Origin: Planctomycetota bacterium
Lineage (GTDB): Bacteria; Planctomycetota; UBA8108; SXIK01
NCBI GenBank assembly: GCA_965223845.1
Contig: CBDCXR010000004.1
Span: forward strand, 5,440,001 to 5,504,000
Length of the DNA stretch: 64,000 bases
Direction of reading: 5' to 3'
Numbering within the stretch: the stretch's first letter is position 1; each line of letters opens with the position of its first letter. The notes beneath the pieces are model-generated. The model was not told the DNA's origin. It worked only from the letters and a program-made list of their open reading frames with translations, and did no database searches. Shown here piece by piece: positions 50,608-59,904 of this stretch. A program made the position numbers and the translations under genes.

Positions 50608-52434
50608 ATGAACGGCATGATTCTCTCGCGATCAACCGGAACGCACGCCCGACGCACGGCCGTCGGCGCACTCGTCGCGTTTCTCTTCGCCGGCGGTGCG
50701 ATCGCACACGCGCAAACCCCGTACGTCCGCGGCGACACGAGCGGCGACGGCATCGTCGACATCACAGACGTGACAAGCTACGTCACGTATTACTTTCAGG
50801 GCGCCGCGTCAACCGCGGCGTCCATGGAGGCGTACGACGTGAACGGCGACGGCGCCCGGTCGCTCACTGACCTCATCCACCTCTCGCGCCACCTCTTTCT
50901 GAACGGCGATCCGATCCCCGCGCCCTTCCCGTCGCCGGGGACCGTCCCTCCGCCCGTCGTACCAGACCGCGAAGACTTCGTAACGTTCCAGATCGAAGAC
51001 GGCGTCGCCGCTCCGGGTGGGAGCGTCACGATTCCGGTCTACATGACGTACAAGCCTCACCTCTCGCCGCCGCCGCCCGTCGCTTCGTACACGGTCGGAG
51101 TCGAATTCAACGCAAGCGACTTGAAGCTTTCGTCGATCACGATCCCGCCGACGATCGCGGCGCTCAACCCGGAGCTCGCGCATCCGATGATCCGCACGGG
51201 CGAAGCACGGCTCACCGTGCTCTTCGATGCTCGGCGGATCGACGTCGGCCTCGCCCCTGCCGACAATCTGCCGATCGCACTCCTTCACTTCGATGTCGAC
51301 TCGTCGACGACGAACACCGAAACCGAGATCAGAATCACGGACACCGTTTTCGCCGGTACGTCCGCGTCCGCTTCCGACCGGAGCCTCTACACCGAGGCAT
51401 CGATCGGCGGACGAATGGTCCGTCCGCGCAGAATTCGCGGACGGATCTTCATCGATCAATCCCTCAGCTTTGTTCGCGGCGACATCTCTCGCGATGGACT
51501 GCTCGATATCACCGACATGGTGCAGCTCCTCCGCGCCCTCTCCATGACCGGAGATCTCCTCGGTGAGCACGCTGCGGCCGACGTCAACGATGACGGCATG
51601 TACTCCTTCGGCGATGTCTACTTCGGCATGTTCCACTCCTTCGGTCTCGTGTCTGTTCCGCCCGTTCCGGCCCCGCACCCGACGGCGGGTACGGCGCCTC
51701 TCAAGCCGCTTCCCGTCCGCTCGCATCTCGACGAGCTCAAAATCGACGATGGCGAGCTCGTCCGCGGCCACCACGAGGTGATCCAGGTGAAGATGACGAC
51801 CAGCTCCCCGGTCGACGGGTTCACCGTCTCGCTCACCTACGACCCGGCGCGCATCACGGTCCACAAGGTCGACATCAGCGCGGGCCTCACCCCCCCGGCG
51901 GCGATCCAGCCGGTCATCGTCCACAACGCGACCCGCGGCTGGATCCTCGTCACGACACCCCTCGATCGCGAGATTCCCGCCACAGCGAACTTTCCGCTCG
52001 TCGACATCGAGGTCGAACCGATCGATTTCACCGAGGCGTACCACCACATCTGCTTCCGCGACGCGTTCCTTCCGCCGCTCAGCTACAACGAGCTCATGCA
52101 GCTCCGCGCCACCGGAGGTAGTGTGCGCCCGCTTCTCAACTCGGGTACGTTCGCGAACGTCGTCCCGTTCCGACGCGGCGACTGCAATGCCGACGGCCGC
52201 TTCGACATCGCTGATGCCGTAACGATGCTCAACTGCCAGTTCGGAAACCAGATCTGCCAGTGCTTCGACGCTTGCAACGTGAACGACGATCCCTGGTTCG
52301 ACATCTCCGACCCGATCTACGCTCTCAACTACCAGTTCTCGACCGGGCCGGCGCCACGTGCGCCCTTCCCGAATTGCGGGCTCGATCCGACTCCGGATCC
52401 GTTTCCGTTCTGTTCGCGGTCAAGCTGCCCCTAA
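50608..52434 (+). CDS. Candidate scaffoldin/adaptor: dockerin-cohesin-dockerin-cohesin-dockerin-like
   Basis: GGAGG RBS; signal peptide AHA-Q; three RGDxxxDGxxDIxD duplicated Ca-loop modules separated by two ~150-aa beta-rich domains (APGGSVTIPVYM..ASYTVGVEFNASDL; EVIQVKM..DGFTVSLTYDPARI) resembling cohesins. Confidence 0.72.
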   Translation: MNGMILSRSTGTHARRTAVGALVAFLFAGGAIAHAQTPYVRGDTSGDGIVDITDVTSYVTYYFQGAASTAASMEAYDVNGDGARSLTDLIHLSRHLFLNGDPIPAPFPSPGTVPPPVVPDREDFVTFQIEDGVAAPGGSVTIPVYMTYKPHLSPPPPVASYTVGVEFNASDLKLSSITIPPTIAALNPELAHPMIRTGEARLTVLFDARRIDVGLAPADNLPIALLHFDVDSSTTNTETEIRITDTVFAGTSASASDRSLYTEASIGGRMVRPRRIRGRIFIDQSLSFVRGDISRDGLLDITDMVQLLRALSMTGDLLGEHAAADVNDDGMYSFGDVYFGMFHSFGLVSVPPVPAPHPTAGTAPLKPLPVRSHLDELKIDDGELVRGHHEVIQVKMTTSSPVDGFTVSLTYDPARITVHKVDISAGLTPPAAIQPVIVHNATRGWILVTTPLDREIPATANFPLVDIEVEPIDFTEAYHHICFRDAFLPPLSYNELMQLRATGGSVRPLLNSGTFANVVPFRRGDCNADGRFDIADAVTMLNCQFGNQICQCFDACNVNDDPWFDISDPIYALNYQFSTGPAPRAPFPNCGLDPTPDPFPFCSRSSCP

Positions 52435-52457
52435 GCGGTTCGGTCGAACTCGAGACG

Positions 52458-52497
52458 AAACGCGCCCGCTCCAACTCGGCTGGGGCGGGCGCGTTTT
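52458..52497. terminator. Intrinsic terminator, possibly bidirectional
   Basis: AAA-CGCGCCCGCTCCA-loop-TGGGGCGGGCGCG-TTTT between convergent genes. Confidence 0.8.
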
Positions 52498-52535
52498 GAA
52501 GTTCTCGGATTCAATCCGCGAACGGATTCCGGCTT

Positions 52536-53495
52536 CTAACGCCGACGAGCGCCGCGTCGCATGCGGGCGTCGCCGTCTTCGCCGTCGTCGCCATCCCCGT
52601 CTCCATCGTCGTCGTCGTCATCATCATCGTCGTCGTCATCGCCCTCCTCTTCTTCCTCTTCCTCGACGATCCGCGTTTCGGGAAGAGCCGCGGCGATGGC
52701 CGCTTCATTCTCGGAGTTATCGACGATGCAGTGCGCGTGGCCGAAGCCGCTCTCGCTCTTTGCGTGACCGTTCGCGTCCTCGGCGATATCGAAGATGATG
52801 TTGTCGTTCCCGTCGGGATGGACGCCCGCCGGCACGTAGTCGAGCTCGAGCAGATGGCGCGTCCGCCACGCGATGTTGTGGTCGGCGCAGCTCGAGTCGC
52901 CGCTGACTCCGACCGCGCCGATGATCTCGCCGTCCGAGTTGTAGAGCGCGAGACCGCCGCCGAAGACGTTCACTCCACCGATCTTCTTTCCGACCATCGG
53001 ATCGTTGGGCGTTCCGATCCGCTGCGATGGCCCACCGTAGGCAACGGACGTGTCGACGGGGTTGCTGTGCTGGAGACCGTAGAGGCTTCCTCCGGGCTGA
53101 ACGGCGGAGAACAAGTTTGCGGTCGAAAGCGCGAGGCCGGGAAGACTGAACGCGTTCGCCGTGTTCGCCTTCTGCCCCGAGATCACCCGGCTTCCAGGCC
53201 ACTGATCACCGCGATCGTTGCCGGTGAACGCAACCGCGACGACGACGCCATCGCGATCGACGACGGTCGCCCACATGTCGAGATTGAAGCCGCCGTTGTC
53301 CATGTTGCGCGCTTCGGTGAGCGCCGCCTTGAGCGCGGCGTGCGACGGCAAATCCTCGTGGAATCGGGGGCGCGCTCGATCACCTCGCGCCCAATTTCGA
53401 TCCGCGTCCGCGGAGCTCTCCGTGAGAGCAAAGAAACAACCGATTCCGACGATCCCCGCCGCGATGGAAACTGCCCAACGGGTTCTCCGCTGCAT
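52536..53495 (-). CDS. Secreted GlcG/HbpS-like heme-binding protein with acidic C-terminal tail
   Basis: WATVVDRDG, KANTA, FGGGLAL, IGAVGVSGD..ADH motifs; N-terminal signal; poly-E/D tail; GAGGGG RBS. Confidence 0.8.
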   Translation of the reverse strand: MQRRTRWAVSIAAGIVGIGCFFALTESSADADRNWARGDRARPRFHEDLPSHAALKAALTEARNMDNGGFNLDMWATVVDRDGVVVAVAFTGNDRGDQWPGSRVISGQKANTANAFSLPGLALSTANLFSAVQPGGSLYGLQHSNPVDTSVAYGGPSQRIGTPNDPMVGKKIGGVNVFGGGLALYNSDGEIIGAVGVSGDSSCADHNIAWRTRHLLELDYVPAGVHPDGNDNIIFDIAEDANGHAKSESGFGHAHCIVDNSENEAAIAAALPETRIVEEEEEEEGDDDDDDDDDDDDGDGDGDDGEDGDARMRRGARRR

Positions 53496-53654
53496 GACGA
53501 TCCCCTCGTACTGTGAGTGATGAGAGCCTCGCCGAGAACGCCCCTCGTCCTCGGTCAAGATCCTCGATAAATCAGGACGAGGAGTGTCGCCTAACGGCGG
53601 CGGGACATCAAGCGGCGCGAGACGACGCGTTCCGGCGCTCGAGTCGCGAACGGA

Positions 53655-55520
53655 TCAGAACGCGCGCAGCTTCTCCTCGCCGAGAACTCGGCGGAGAACA
53701 TACCTTCCGCCGACGACGGGTAGCTCGAGCGAAACTCGCTCGAGATCGAGCGTGAGCCGCGTGCCGGGCTCCGGCCAGAGTGTGAAGTCTCGATCGCTCG
53801 AAAAGATCATGAGGCCGATGCGCTGCCCCGCCGGAATGACTTGATCGTCCGGTTGGAGATCGAAGGCAAGGTCGTAGAAACGCCCCGGATTGAGCGGTTC
53901 GCTCTCGGTGAGCGACGAATGGTTCTGCGGATCGGCCCAGCCGCGCGTGATGAGGTTGTCGTTGATCTTCTTCGAGTCCGTCCAGGGGAGCGAGACAAGC
54001 CAGACGGAGAGATTCACTGCAGGCTTGCTCGCAGCGACGCGAAGGCGTATCCGCGCCGTGCCCGACAAATGGAGCGGCTCCTTGAGCGCGCTCGTCGCGT
54101 AGAGCAGGCGATGCTCCGACTGGGGAGCCGCAGCGAGTTTCGCGCCCGAGTGTGAGACGTCGTCGACGAGAGTCTGCTTGCTTGGCCCAGCGAACGGCTG
54201 AAGGACGAGGTGCCCCGAGCCGCGTCCGTCTCCGCCAAGGTAGAGCGACACGGGAGACGCATTCGGATTCGGGTAGTCGACGTAGGGCGTCGGCGAGAGA
54301 CGGCGCGCGTCCTCGCGAACGACCCACGAGCGCGGATCGTTCTCGACGCCGTTCTCGATGCCGCAGACGTAGCGCGTGAACCAGCGGTTCATGAGCTCGA
54401 GCGGCGGTGGGCCCCCGTGTCCGCCCTGGTGGAAATAGATCTGCGACGGGAGTCCCTTCTTCTTGAACGCTTCGTAGATGCGGACACTGTGCTCCGGCAT
54501 CACGTTCCAATCGTTGAACGCGTGCGCCATGAGAAGCGCAGCCTTCACGTTTCCGAGCTCGTCCAAGTAGTCGCGCCCGGCCCAGAAGTCGTTGTAGTCG
54601 CCCGTCACGCGGTCGAACCCGGCGCGCATCTCGGTGTCGCGGACGCGCTCATTGCAGTCGCCGCGGCGCTCGGGATAGCCGCTGTTGATGAAATCGTAGA
54701 GGACGTCGATGTCTTCCCCCATCCAGCCTCCCGGATGGCGAACGAGACCGTGAGAGCGGTAGTAGTGGTAGTAGGACGTGTTCGGCGCGACGGGAATGAT
54801 CGCCATGAGTCCTTCGACGCCGGTCGTCGCCGCCGCAAGCGGAATCGTCCCGTTGTACGACGTACCCGTCATGCCGACGCGTCCGGTCGACCACGACGCG
54901 ACGACACGCTCGTCACCGTCTGGCGTCGCGTAGCCCTTCGCGCGACCGTTCAGCCAATCGATCACGGCCTTCGGCGCGAGTGACTCGTTGTCGCCGCCGA
55001 CGGTCGGGCAACCCTGCGACAGCCCAGTGCCGGGAGACGCGGAGTGAACGACGGCGAATCCGCGCGGCACCCATTCGCGGATCTGTGAGCGCGACATCAG
55101 CGGTCGCCGACTCTGGTGCTCGATCGGCGGCGGGTGCGTACGCGTGGGAGGCGTCGCACCGACTTCCTGCTTCGGATCCCAGAAGTACTTCCGGTCGCTC
55201 GAGCTCGTGCCCGAGTAGTACGGGCTCGATTCATAGATGACGTGGACCTTGAGACTCTCGGTGTCCGTCTGCTTCGGACGGGTGACGTCGACGTGCATGC
55301 GGTCGAGCTTGCCGTCGCCGTCCGAATCGAATTCCGTCTCAACCCAGAGGTCGTGCTGGATCCACTCCTTCGGGTCGCTGAACTCGGGAATGATCTGCGC
55401 TTCGCCGCCGGCGTAACACGGAGCCGCCCGCGAAGCATCGCCGGCCATCGCGGCCGACGCGGTCCCGAAGAAGAGAGCAGTGAACGCGACGTACAGACGG
55501 AGAGTCGAGGATGCGGACAT
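53655..55520 (-). CDS. Xaa-Pro dipeptidyl-peptidase (PepX-like, S15), secreted
   Basis: YESSPY, AVIDWLNGRA, GMTGTSYNG nucleophile, DWNV and HQGGH triad motifs, ITRGWADPQN. Confidence 0.9.
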   Translation of the reverse strand: MSASSTLRLYVAFTALFFGTASAAMAGDASRAAPCYAGGEAQIIPEFSDPKEWIQHDLWVETEFDSDGDGKLDRMHVDVTRPKQTDTESLKVHVIYESSPYYSGTSSSDRKYFWDPKQEVGATPPTRTHPPPIEHQSRRPLMSRSQIREWVPRGFAVVHSASPGTGLSQGCPTVGGDNESLAPKAVIDWLNGRAKGYATPDGDERVVASWSTGRVGMTGTSYNGTIPLAAATTGVEGLMAIIPVAPNTSYYHYYRSHGLVRHPGGWMGEDIDVLYDFINSGYPERRGDCNERVRDTEMRAGFDRVTGDYNDFWAGRDYLDELGNVKAALLMAHAFNDWNVMPEHSVRIYEAFKKKGLPSQIYFHQGGHGGPPPLELMNRWFTRYVCGIENGVENDPRSWVVREDARRLSPTPYVDYPNPNASPVSLYLGGDGRGSGHLVLQPFAGPSKQTLVDDVSHSGAKLAAAPQSEHRLLYATSALKEPLHLSGTARIRLRVAASKPAVNLSVWLVSLPWTDSKKINDNLITRGWADPQNHSSLTESEPLNPGRFYDLAFDLQPDDQVIPAGQRIGLMIFSSDRDFTLWPEPGTRLTLDLERVSLELPVVGGRYVLRRVLGEEKLRAF

Positions 55521-55760
55521 TCGTTGGCTCAGAGGAGTGTGGAGAGGGCTCGCGAGGAAGGCAGTACGCGGCTGAGACCGAGACGCTCCATCATCTCGCC
55601 TCGAGCGCGAAATCACGAATCCGTTTTGCGAGCGCGGCGAATCCGGATCCCGGCCCGCAATCGCCGTACCGAACGGGCGGTCGACGCGATGCTAGGCGTT
55701 CGCACAACCGGGTGACCCGCTTGTTCGGTGTTTGAGCGGGCGCGCGGAGTCGCGTCGCGG

Positions 55761-55928
55761 TCACTGCGCCTTCGGAAACAGGGCGACGAGGAGGAACGTC
55801 GCGATCGGCCCGAGAAGGAGCGAGATCAAGAACCAGCTGAGTCCGCTTCGATTCTTCCCTTGCGCGAGTCCGGCGTTGACGAGCGCGAGGCTCCCCCAGC
55901 CGACGACGTAGGGTTCCGGGTTCTCCAA
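55761..55928 (-). CDS. Small two-TM membrane protein (55 aa), absent from the ORF track
   Basis: Manual translation from TTG after GAAGGG: MENPEPYVVGWGSLALVNAGLAQGKNRSGLSWFLISLLLGPIATFLLVALFPKAQ*; co-oriented with its neighbours. Confidence 0.75.
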   Translation of the reverse strand: MENPEPYVVGWGSLALVNAGLAQGKNRSGLSWFLISLLLGPIATFLLVALFPKAQ

Positions 55929-55981
55929 GAGTCAGCCCCTTCGATCGAGTGCGAGCGCGTAAGGCACACTCGCGGCTTGAG

Positions 55982-56659
55982 CTAGGACGCCTGAGATTCC
56001 ATCTCCGCGATGAAGGCGTCCGCTTCGCTGATGGCTGCTTCCATCTCCGCGACTAGCGAAGCGACGTTCGACTCGATCCCCTTCAGCTCGTCTCCAAGAG
56101 CGGCAATCGCTTTTGCGTTGAGGTTGTGCTTGAGGAAGAGCACGTGATCCTTGAGCGAGGTGAGAACGGGATCCATCTTTCCCTCGGCTCGTTTCATCGC
56201 GCCGAGTAAGCCTTGGTATCTCTCTTCAGTCGCTTCGAGTAGCTGCTCGTCCTTGGCTTTGAGCGATTCGCTGCTCATGCCTTCGATGTCGCTCCGCCAC
56301 TCAGCGAACAGATCCGAGCCGACCTTCTCGACCTGCCTGATCCGCTCCGAGACGGCGTTCGCCTTCCGCTCGCTGCTGCGATAAACCGACTCGAGCTTCT
56401 TGTATTTCTCCTCGAGCTCGCCGCCGGAAAACTCAATCAGCGCGCTGAACTGTTCCAGCGCGGACTTAAACTCCTGCTTCGCCTCCGTTTGAGTCTCTCG
56501 CGCGGTTTCGACGCGGCTCGCGAGGATGTGGCGCTTGTCCTTGCCGAGGAAAGTCTCCATCGCGCCATAATAAAGGTTGCTGCAGCCGACGGATGAGAGG
56601 CACAAGAACAGGGCCGAACCAGAGGCGATGCGTCGGCGGAGTGCAGGAAGATTGTTCAT
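55982..56659 (-). CDS. DUF2959-like coiled-coil lipoprotein
   Basis: Lipobox-like SVGC, YYGAME..KRHIL..RVE, LFAEW, VLFLKHNLNAKAIAAL. Confidence 0.8.
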   Translation of the reverse strand: MNNLPALRRRIASGSALFLCLSSVGCSNLYYGAMETFLGKDKRHILASRVETARETQTEAKQEFKSALEQFSALIEFSGGELEEKYKKLESVYRSSERKANAVSERIRQVEKVGSDLFAEWRSDIEGMSSESLKAKDEQLLEATEERYQGLLGAMKRAEGKMDPVLTSLKDHVLFLKHNLNAKAIAALGDELKGIESNVASLVAEMEAAISEADAFIAEMESQAS

Positions 56660-56813
56660 ACGGGATGACCTTTCACTGGCTAGAGAATCCGGGCATTCTA
56701 TGGGAAGCTGACCGCCTGGTCGATCGGGATCCCCCTGACGCTTCGCGTCGGGCGGGAGGCGATCGCGAAAGGCCCCCCGGCCGCATCGAAAACCCGGTGA
56801 CAAGGAGCACACC

Positions 56814-57320
56814 ATGGTCTCGCTGAAGGAACGTCTCGATTTCGTGGAGATCGACAGCCCCGTCGGCCCTCTCCGCCTCGCGTCGGACGATCGCGCGCTT
56901 CGTTTCCTCAGCTTCATGGGAGGTCGCGACCCGGTGGAGGTCGGCTCCGACTGGAGGAAACGCCGCGCGCCGATTCTGCGTGCGGCCGCGAGTCAGCTCC
57001 GCGAGTACTTCGACGGCCGGCGCACGGAGTTCGACCTTCCGCTCGACCCGCACGGAACCGACTTTCAGCGCGCGGTCTGGGATGCTCTCTGCGAAATCCC
57101 GTTCGGTGAGACGCGCTCCTACGGCGAGCAGGCGCGCATGATCGGCCGGCCGAACGCTTCGCGCGCCGTCGGTGCGGCGAACGGACGGAATCCGATCGCG
57201 ATCATCATCCCCTGCCACCGCGTCATCGGCGCCTCCGGCGAACTCACCGGTTTCGGCGGCGGACTCGACACGAAACGCCGACTGCTCGATCTCGAGCGCG
57301 GAGTGCTGGCGGCGGTGTGA
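56814..57320 (+). CDS. ogt: Methylated-DNA--protein-cysteine methyltransferase
   Basis: GTDFQRAVW, IPFGETRSY, RAVGAANGRNP, IPCHRVIG active site; AAGGAG RBS. Confidence 0.95.
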   Translation: MVSLKERLDFVEIDSPVGPLRLASDDRALRFLSFMGGRDPVEVGSDWRKRRAPILRAAASQLREYFDGRRTEFDLPLDPHGTDFQRAVWDALCEIPFGETRSYGEQARMIGRPNASRAVGAANGRNPIAIIIPCHRVIGASGELTGFGGGLDTKRRLLDLERGVLAAV

Positions 57321-58774
57321 GCGACGAGCTGACGCTCGACCCGTCCGACTGGGACGAGTTTCGCCGGCTCGCGCGGGAGATGGTCGACGACATGATCGAC
57401 CACTTCGCCGCGACCCGCGAGCGACCCGTGTGGCGATCGATGCCGCCCGACGTCCGTTCGGCGCTCGACGAACCCGTGCCGTGGGAAGGAGAAGGCGCGG
57501 AGAGCGCTTACCAATCCTTCGTGCGGAACGTACGCCCGTATCCGAACGGAAACGCGCACCCGCGATTCTTCGGCTGGGTGCAGGGAAACGGAACGCCGCT
57601 CGGAATGATGGCGGACATGCTCGCCTCCGGGCTGAATCCGCACCTCGCGGGATTCGACCAGGCCCCGACGCTCGTCGAGAAGAAGGTCGTCCAATGGATG
57701 GTCGAGCTTATGGGATTCCCTTCGTCGGCGAGCGGTCTCCTCACCGGCGGTGCTTCGCTCTCGAATCTCCTCGCGCTCTCCATCGCCCGCTACTCCCGCG
57801 CGGGATTCGACGTACGCACCCGCGGACTGTACGGATCGAATCGCCGCCTGACGGTGTACGCGTCCGGAGAAACGCACGGCTGGCTCGACAAAGCGGTCGA
57901 GCTGCTCGGCCTCGGGACCGAATCGTTCCGGCGCGTTCCGCACGATTCTCGCCATCGAATCGATGTGAACGCACTCCGGAAGACCGTACGCGCCGACCGA
58001 GCTCGCGAGAGTCTTCCCTTCTGCGTCGTCGCGAACGCCGGGACGGTGAGTACCGGAGCGACGGATGATCTCCGAGCGCTCGGCGAGCTCTGCCGCGAAG
58101 AAGAGCTCTGGCTCCACGTCGACGGCGCATTCGGTGCACTCGCTCGATGGAGCGAACGACTGCGCGACCGCGTCGCGGGCATCGCGGATGTCGATTCGGT
58201 TGCCTTCGACCTCCACAAGTGGGTCTACCAGCCGTTTACCGTCGCGTGTCTTCTCGTTCGAGACGGTGAAGTGCACCGGAGTTGCTTCGCGACGAAGGCG
58301 AGCTACTTGAGTCCGCAGGAACGCGGAGTCATCGCCGGCGGACTCCCGTTCGCCGATCTCGGCATCGAGCTGACGCGAGAGTTTCGAGCGCTCAAGGTTT
58401 GGATGAGTCTCAAGGCGCACGGCGTTCGTCCGATCGTCCGCCTCATCGAGCAAAACGTCGAGCAAGCGGAGCTCCTCGGACGACTCGTCGAAGAGCGCGA
58501 GGAACTCGAGCTTCTAGCTCCGGTCGAGCTCAACATCGTCTGCTTTCGCTTCGCGCCGGAACGCATCGGGGAAGAGCGTGCACTCGCGGATCTCAATCGA
58601 GAGATTCTTCTCCGCATCCAAGAGTCGGGCGTCGCCGTTCCGTCGAGCGCGTCGCTCGGCGGCCGTTTCGCGCTCCGCTGCGCATTCACGAACCACCGGA
58701 CTCGCCTAGCGGACGTCGAGCTTTTGGTCGACGAGATCATCCGGATTGGGCGCCAACTGACAACACGAGGGTAG
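57317..58774 (+). CDS. PLP-dependent group II (aromatic amino acid-type) decarboxylase
   Basis: HPRFFGW, AGTVSTGATD, LHVDGAFG, DLHKW (PLP lysine), RALKVW; GTGA overlap with ogt. Confidence 0.92.
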   Translation: MSDELTLDPSDWDEFRRLAREMVDDMIDHFAATRERPVWRSMPPDVRSALDEPVPWEGEGAESAYQSFVRNVRPYPNGNAHPRFFGWVQGNGTPLGMMADMLASGLNPHLAGFDQAPTLVEKKVVQWMVELMGFPSSASGLLTGGASLSNLLALSIARYSRAGFDVRTRGLYGSNRRLTVYASGETHGWLDKAVELLGLGTESFRRVPHDSRHRIDVNALRKTVRADRARESLPFCVVANAGTVSTGATDDLRALGELCREEELWLHVDGAFGALARWSERLRDRVAGIADVDSVAFDLHKWVYQPFTVACLLVRDGEVHRSCFATKASYLSPQERGVIAGGLPFADLGIELTREFRALKVWMSLKAHGVRPIVRLIEQNVEQAELLGRLVEEREELELLAPVELNIVCFRFAPERIGEERALADLNREILLRIQESGVAVPSSASLGGRFALRCAFTNHRTRLADVELLVDEIIRIGRQLTTRG

Positions 58775-58776
58775 AC

Positions 58777-59589
58777 ATGCTGGGCAAGAGCGACGTTGAG
58801 GAGCTACGCGCCAGATTCTCCTGGACCAATTACTGCATCGAGATGAGCGCCCGCACGGCATTCACGGTTGGGATCGCACCCGCGCTCGACATGGCGAGAG
58901 GAGTCTTGCGATTTCCTCTGACCCGGAAGGTAAACGCACTATTCGAGGGATTCGAGATCCATCGTGCGCCCGGCGCGAGTTGGTTCTGGTGGACCTACGC
59001 GACGTTCTCGTTCAAGAAAAAACGCGTTCGGTTCAAGCTGAGCCCGAGACAGGCCGTACGCATGTTAATACGGAGCGACAACTGGCCAGGCGATTCCGGC
59101 GTTCTTCGGTACAGCATGCGGCGCCTCGTAAGTTGGCAGAACGCGCGGACCGCAGGAGCGGACAAGGCGGTGTTTCTCTCGTATCCGCAAAGCCGGCAAG
59201 CAGAGGCCGAGTACGTTGCGAACGTACTCAAAGGATTCCGATTGGATCCATGGTACGACAAGGATCGCCTGGCTCCCGGCGACGACCTCCCCGACGAGAT
59301 CGCCAAAGGCATCACGGTTTCTAGCTGCTTCGTTCCTCTCCTCTGTCCCGAGTACATCGCATCGAGCTGGTGCCGTCGCGAACTGGAGCTCGCGGTAAAC
59401 AGCGGGGACGATCTTCTCATTCGACCGATACGCATCGAGCCGAGAAAGTTCTTCATTCCGGACGACGTCGAGAAGCTGCTGAATTCCCGCGGAGAGATCC
59501 TGCACGCCAATATCTCCGGCGAGGACGGCCTCGAGCAACTCCAAGCCGCGGCAGCGGCGATTCACACGCAACTCGCCGAACGAGAATAG
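58777..59589 (+). CDS. TIR-domain protein with unknown N-terminal domain
   Basis: VFLSY, WYDKDRLAPGD, EYIASSWCRRELELA (conserved Glu); ATG 2 nt after the decarboxylase stop. Confidence 0.85.
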   Translation: MLGKSDVEELRARFSWTNYCIEMSARTAFTVGIAPALDMARGVLRFPLTRKVNALFEGFEIHRAPGASWFWWTYATFSFKKKRVRFKLSPRQAVRMLIRSDNWPGDSGVLRYSMRRLVSWQNARTAGADKAVFLSYPQSRQAEAEYVANVLKGFRLDPWYDKDRLAPGDDLPDEIAKGITVSSCFVPLLCPEYIASSWCRRELELAVNSGDDLLIRPIRIEPRKFFIPDDVEKLLNSRGEILHANISGEDGLEQLQAAAAAIHTQLAERE

Positions 59590-59904
59590 GTCCAAGTGGA
59601 GACGCGACGTCGAACAGGGCTCCTCTTCTCCGTGCAGGCGCTCGCGCAATAGAACCGTTGCGTTCGCCCTAGCGGGCTTCTGGTCGGACGAATCGAACTG
59701 TCAACGTCAGAGCATGGAAAGGCGCCAGACCGACACGACCGGCTGGACCCCTGAGTGGGTCGACGTGCTGCACAAGTACGCGAACAGACGCAGCACGAGA
59801 ATTAGCCAGCGTCCGCCACTATCTCTGAAAGGATTCGGGGCGAGGAGCCCCGCCACGACCGCTCTCGCCATCGAGTGCGTCGAGCCGATAGTCGTCGGTC
59901 GAGT

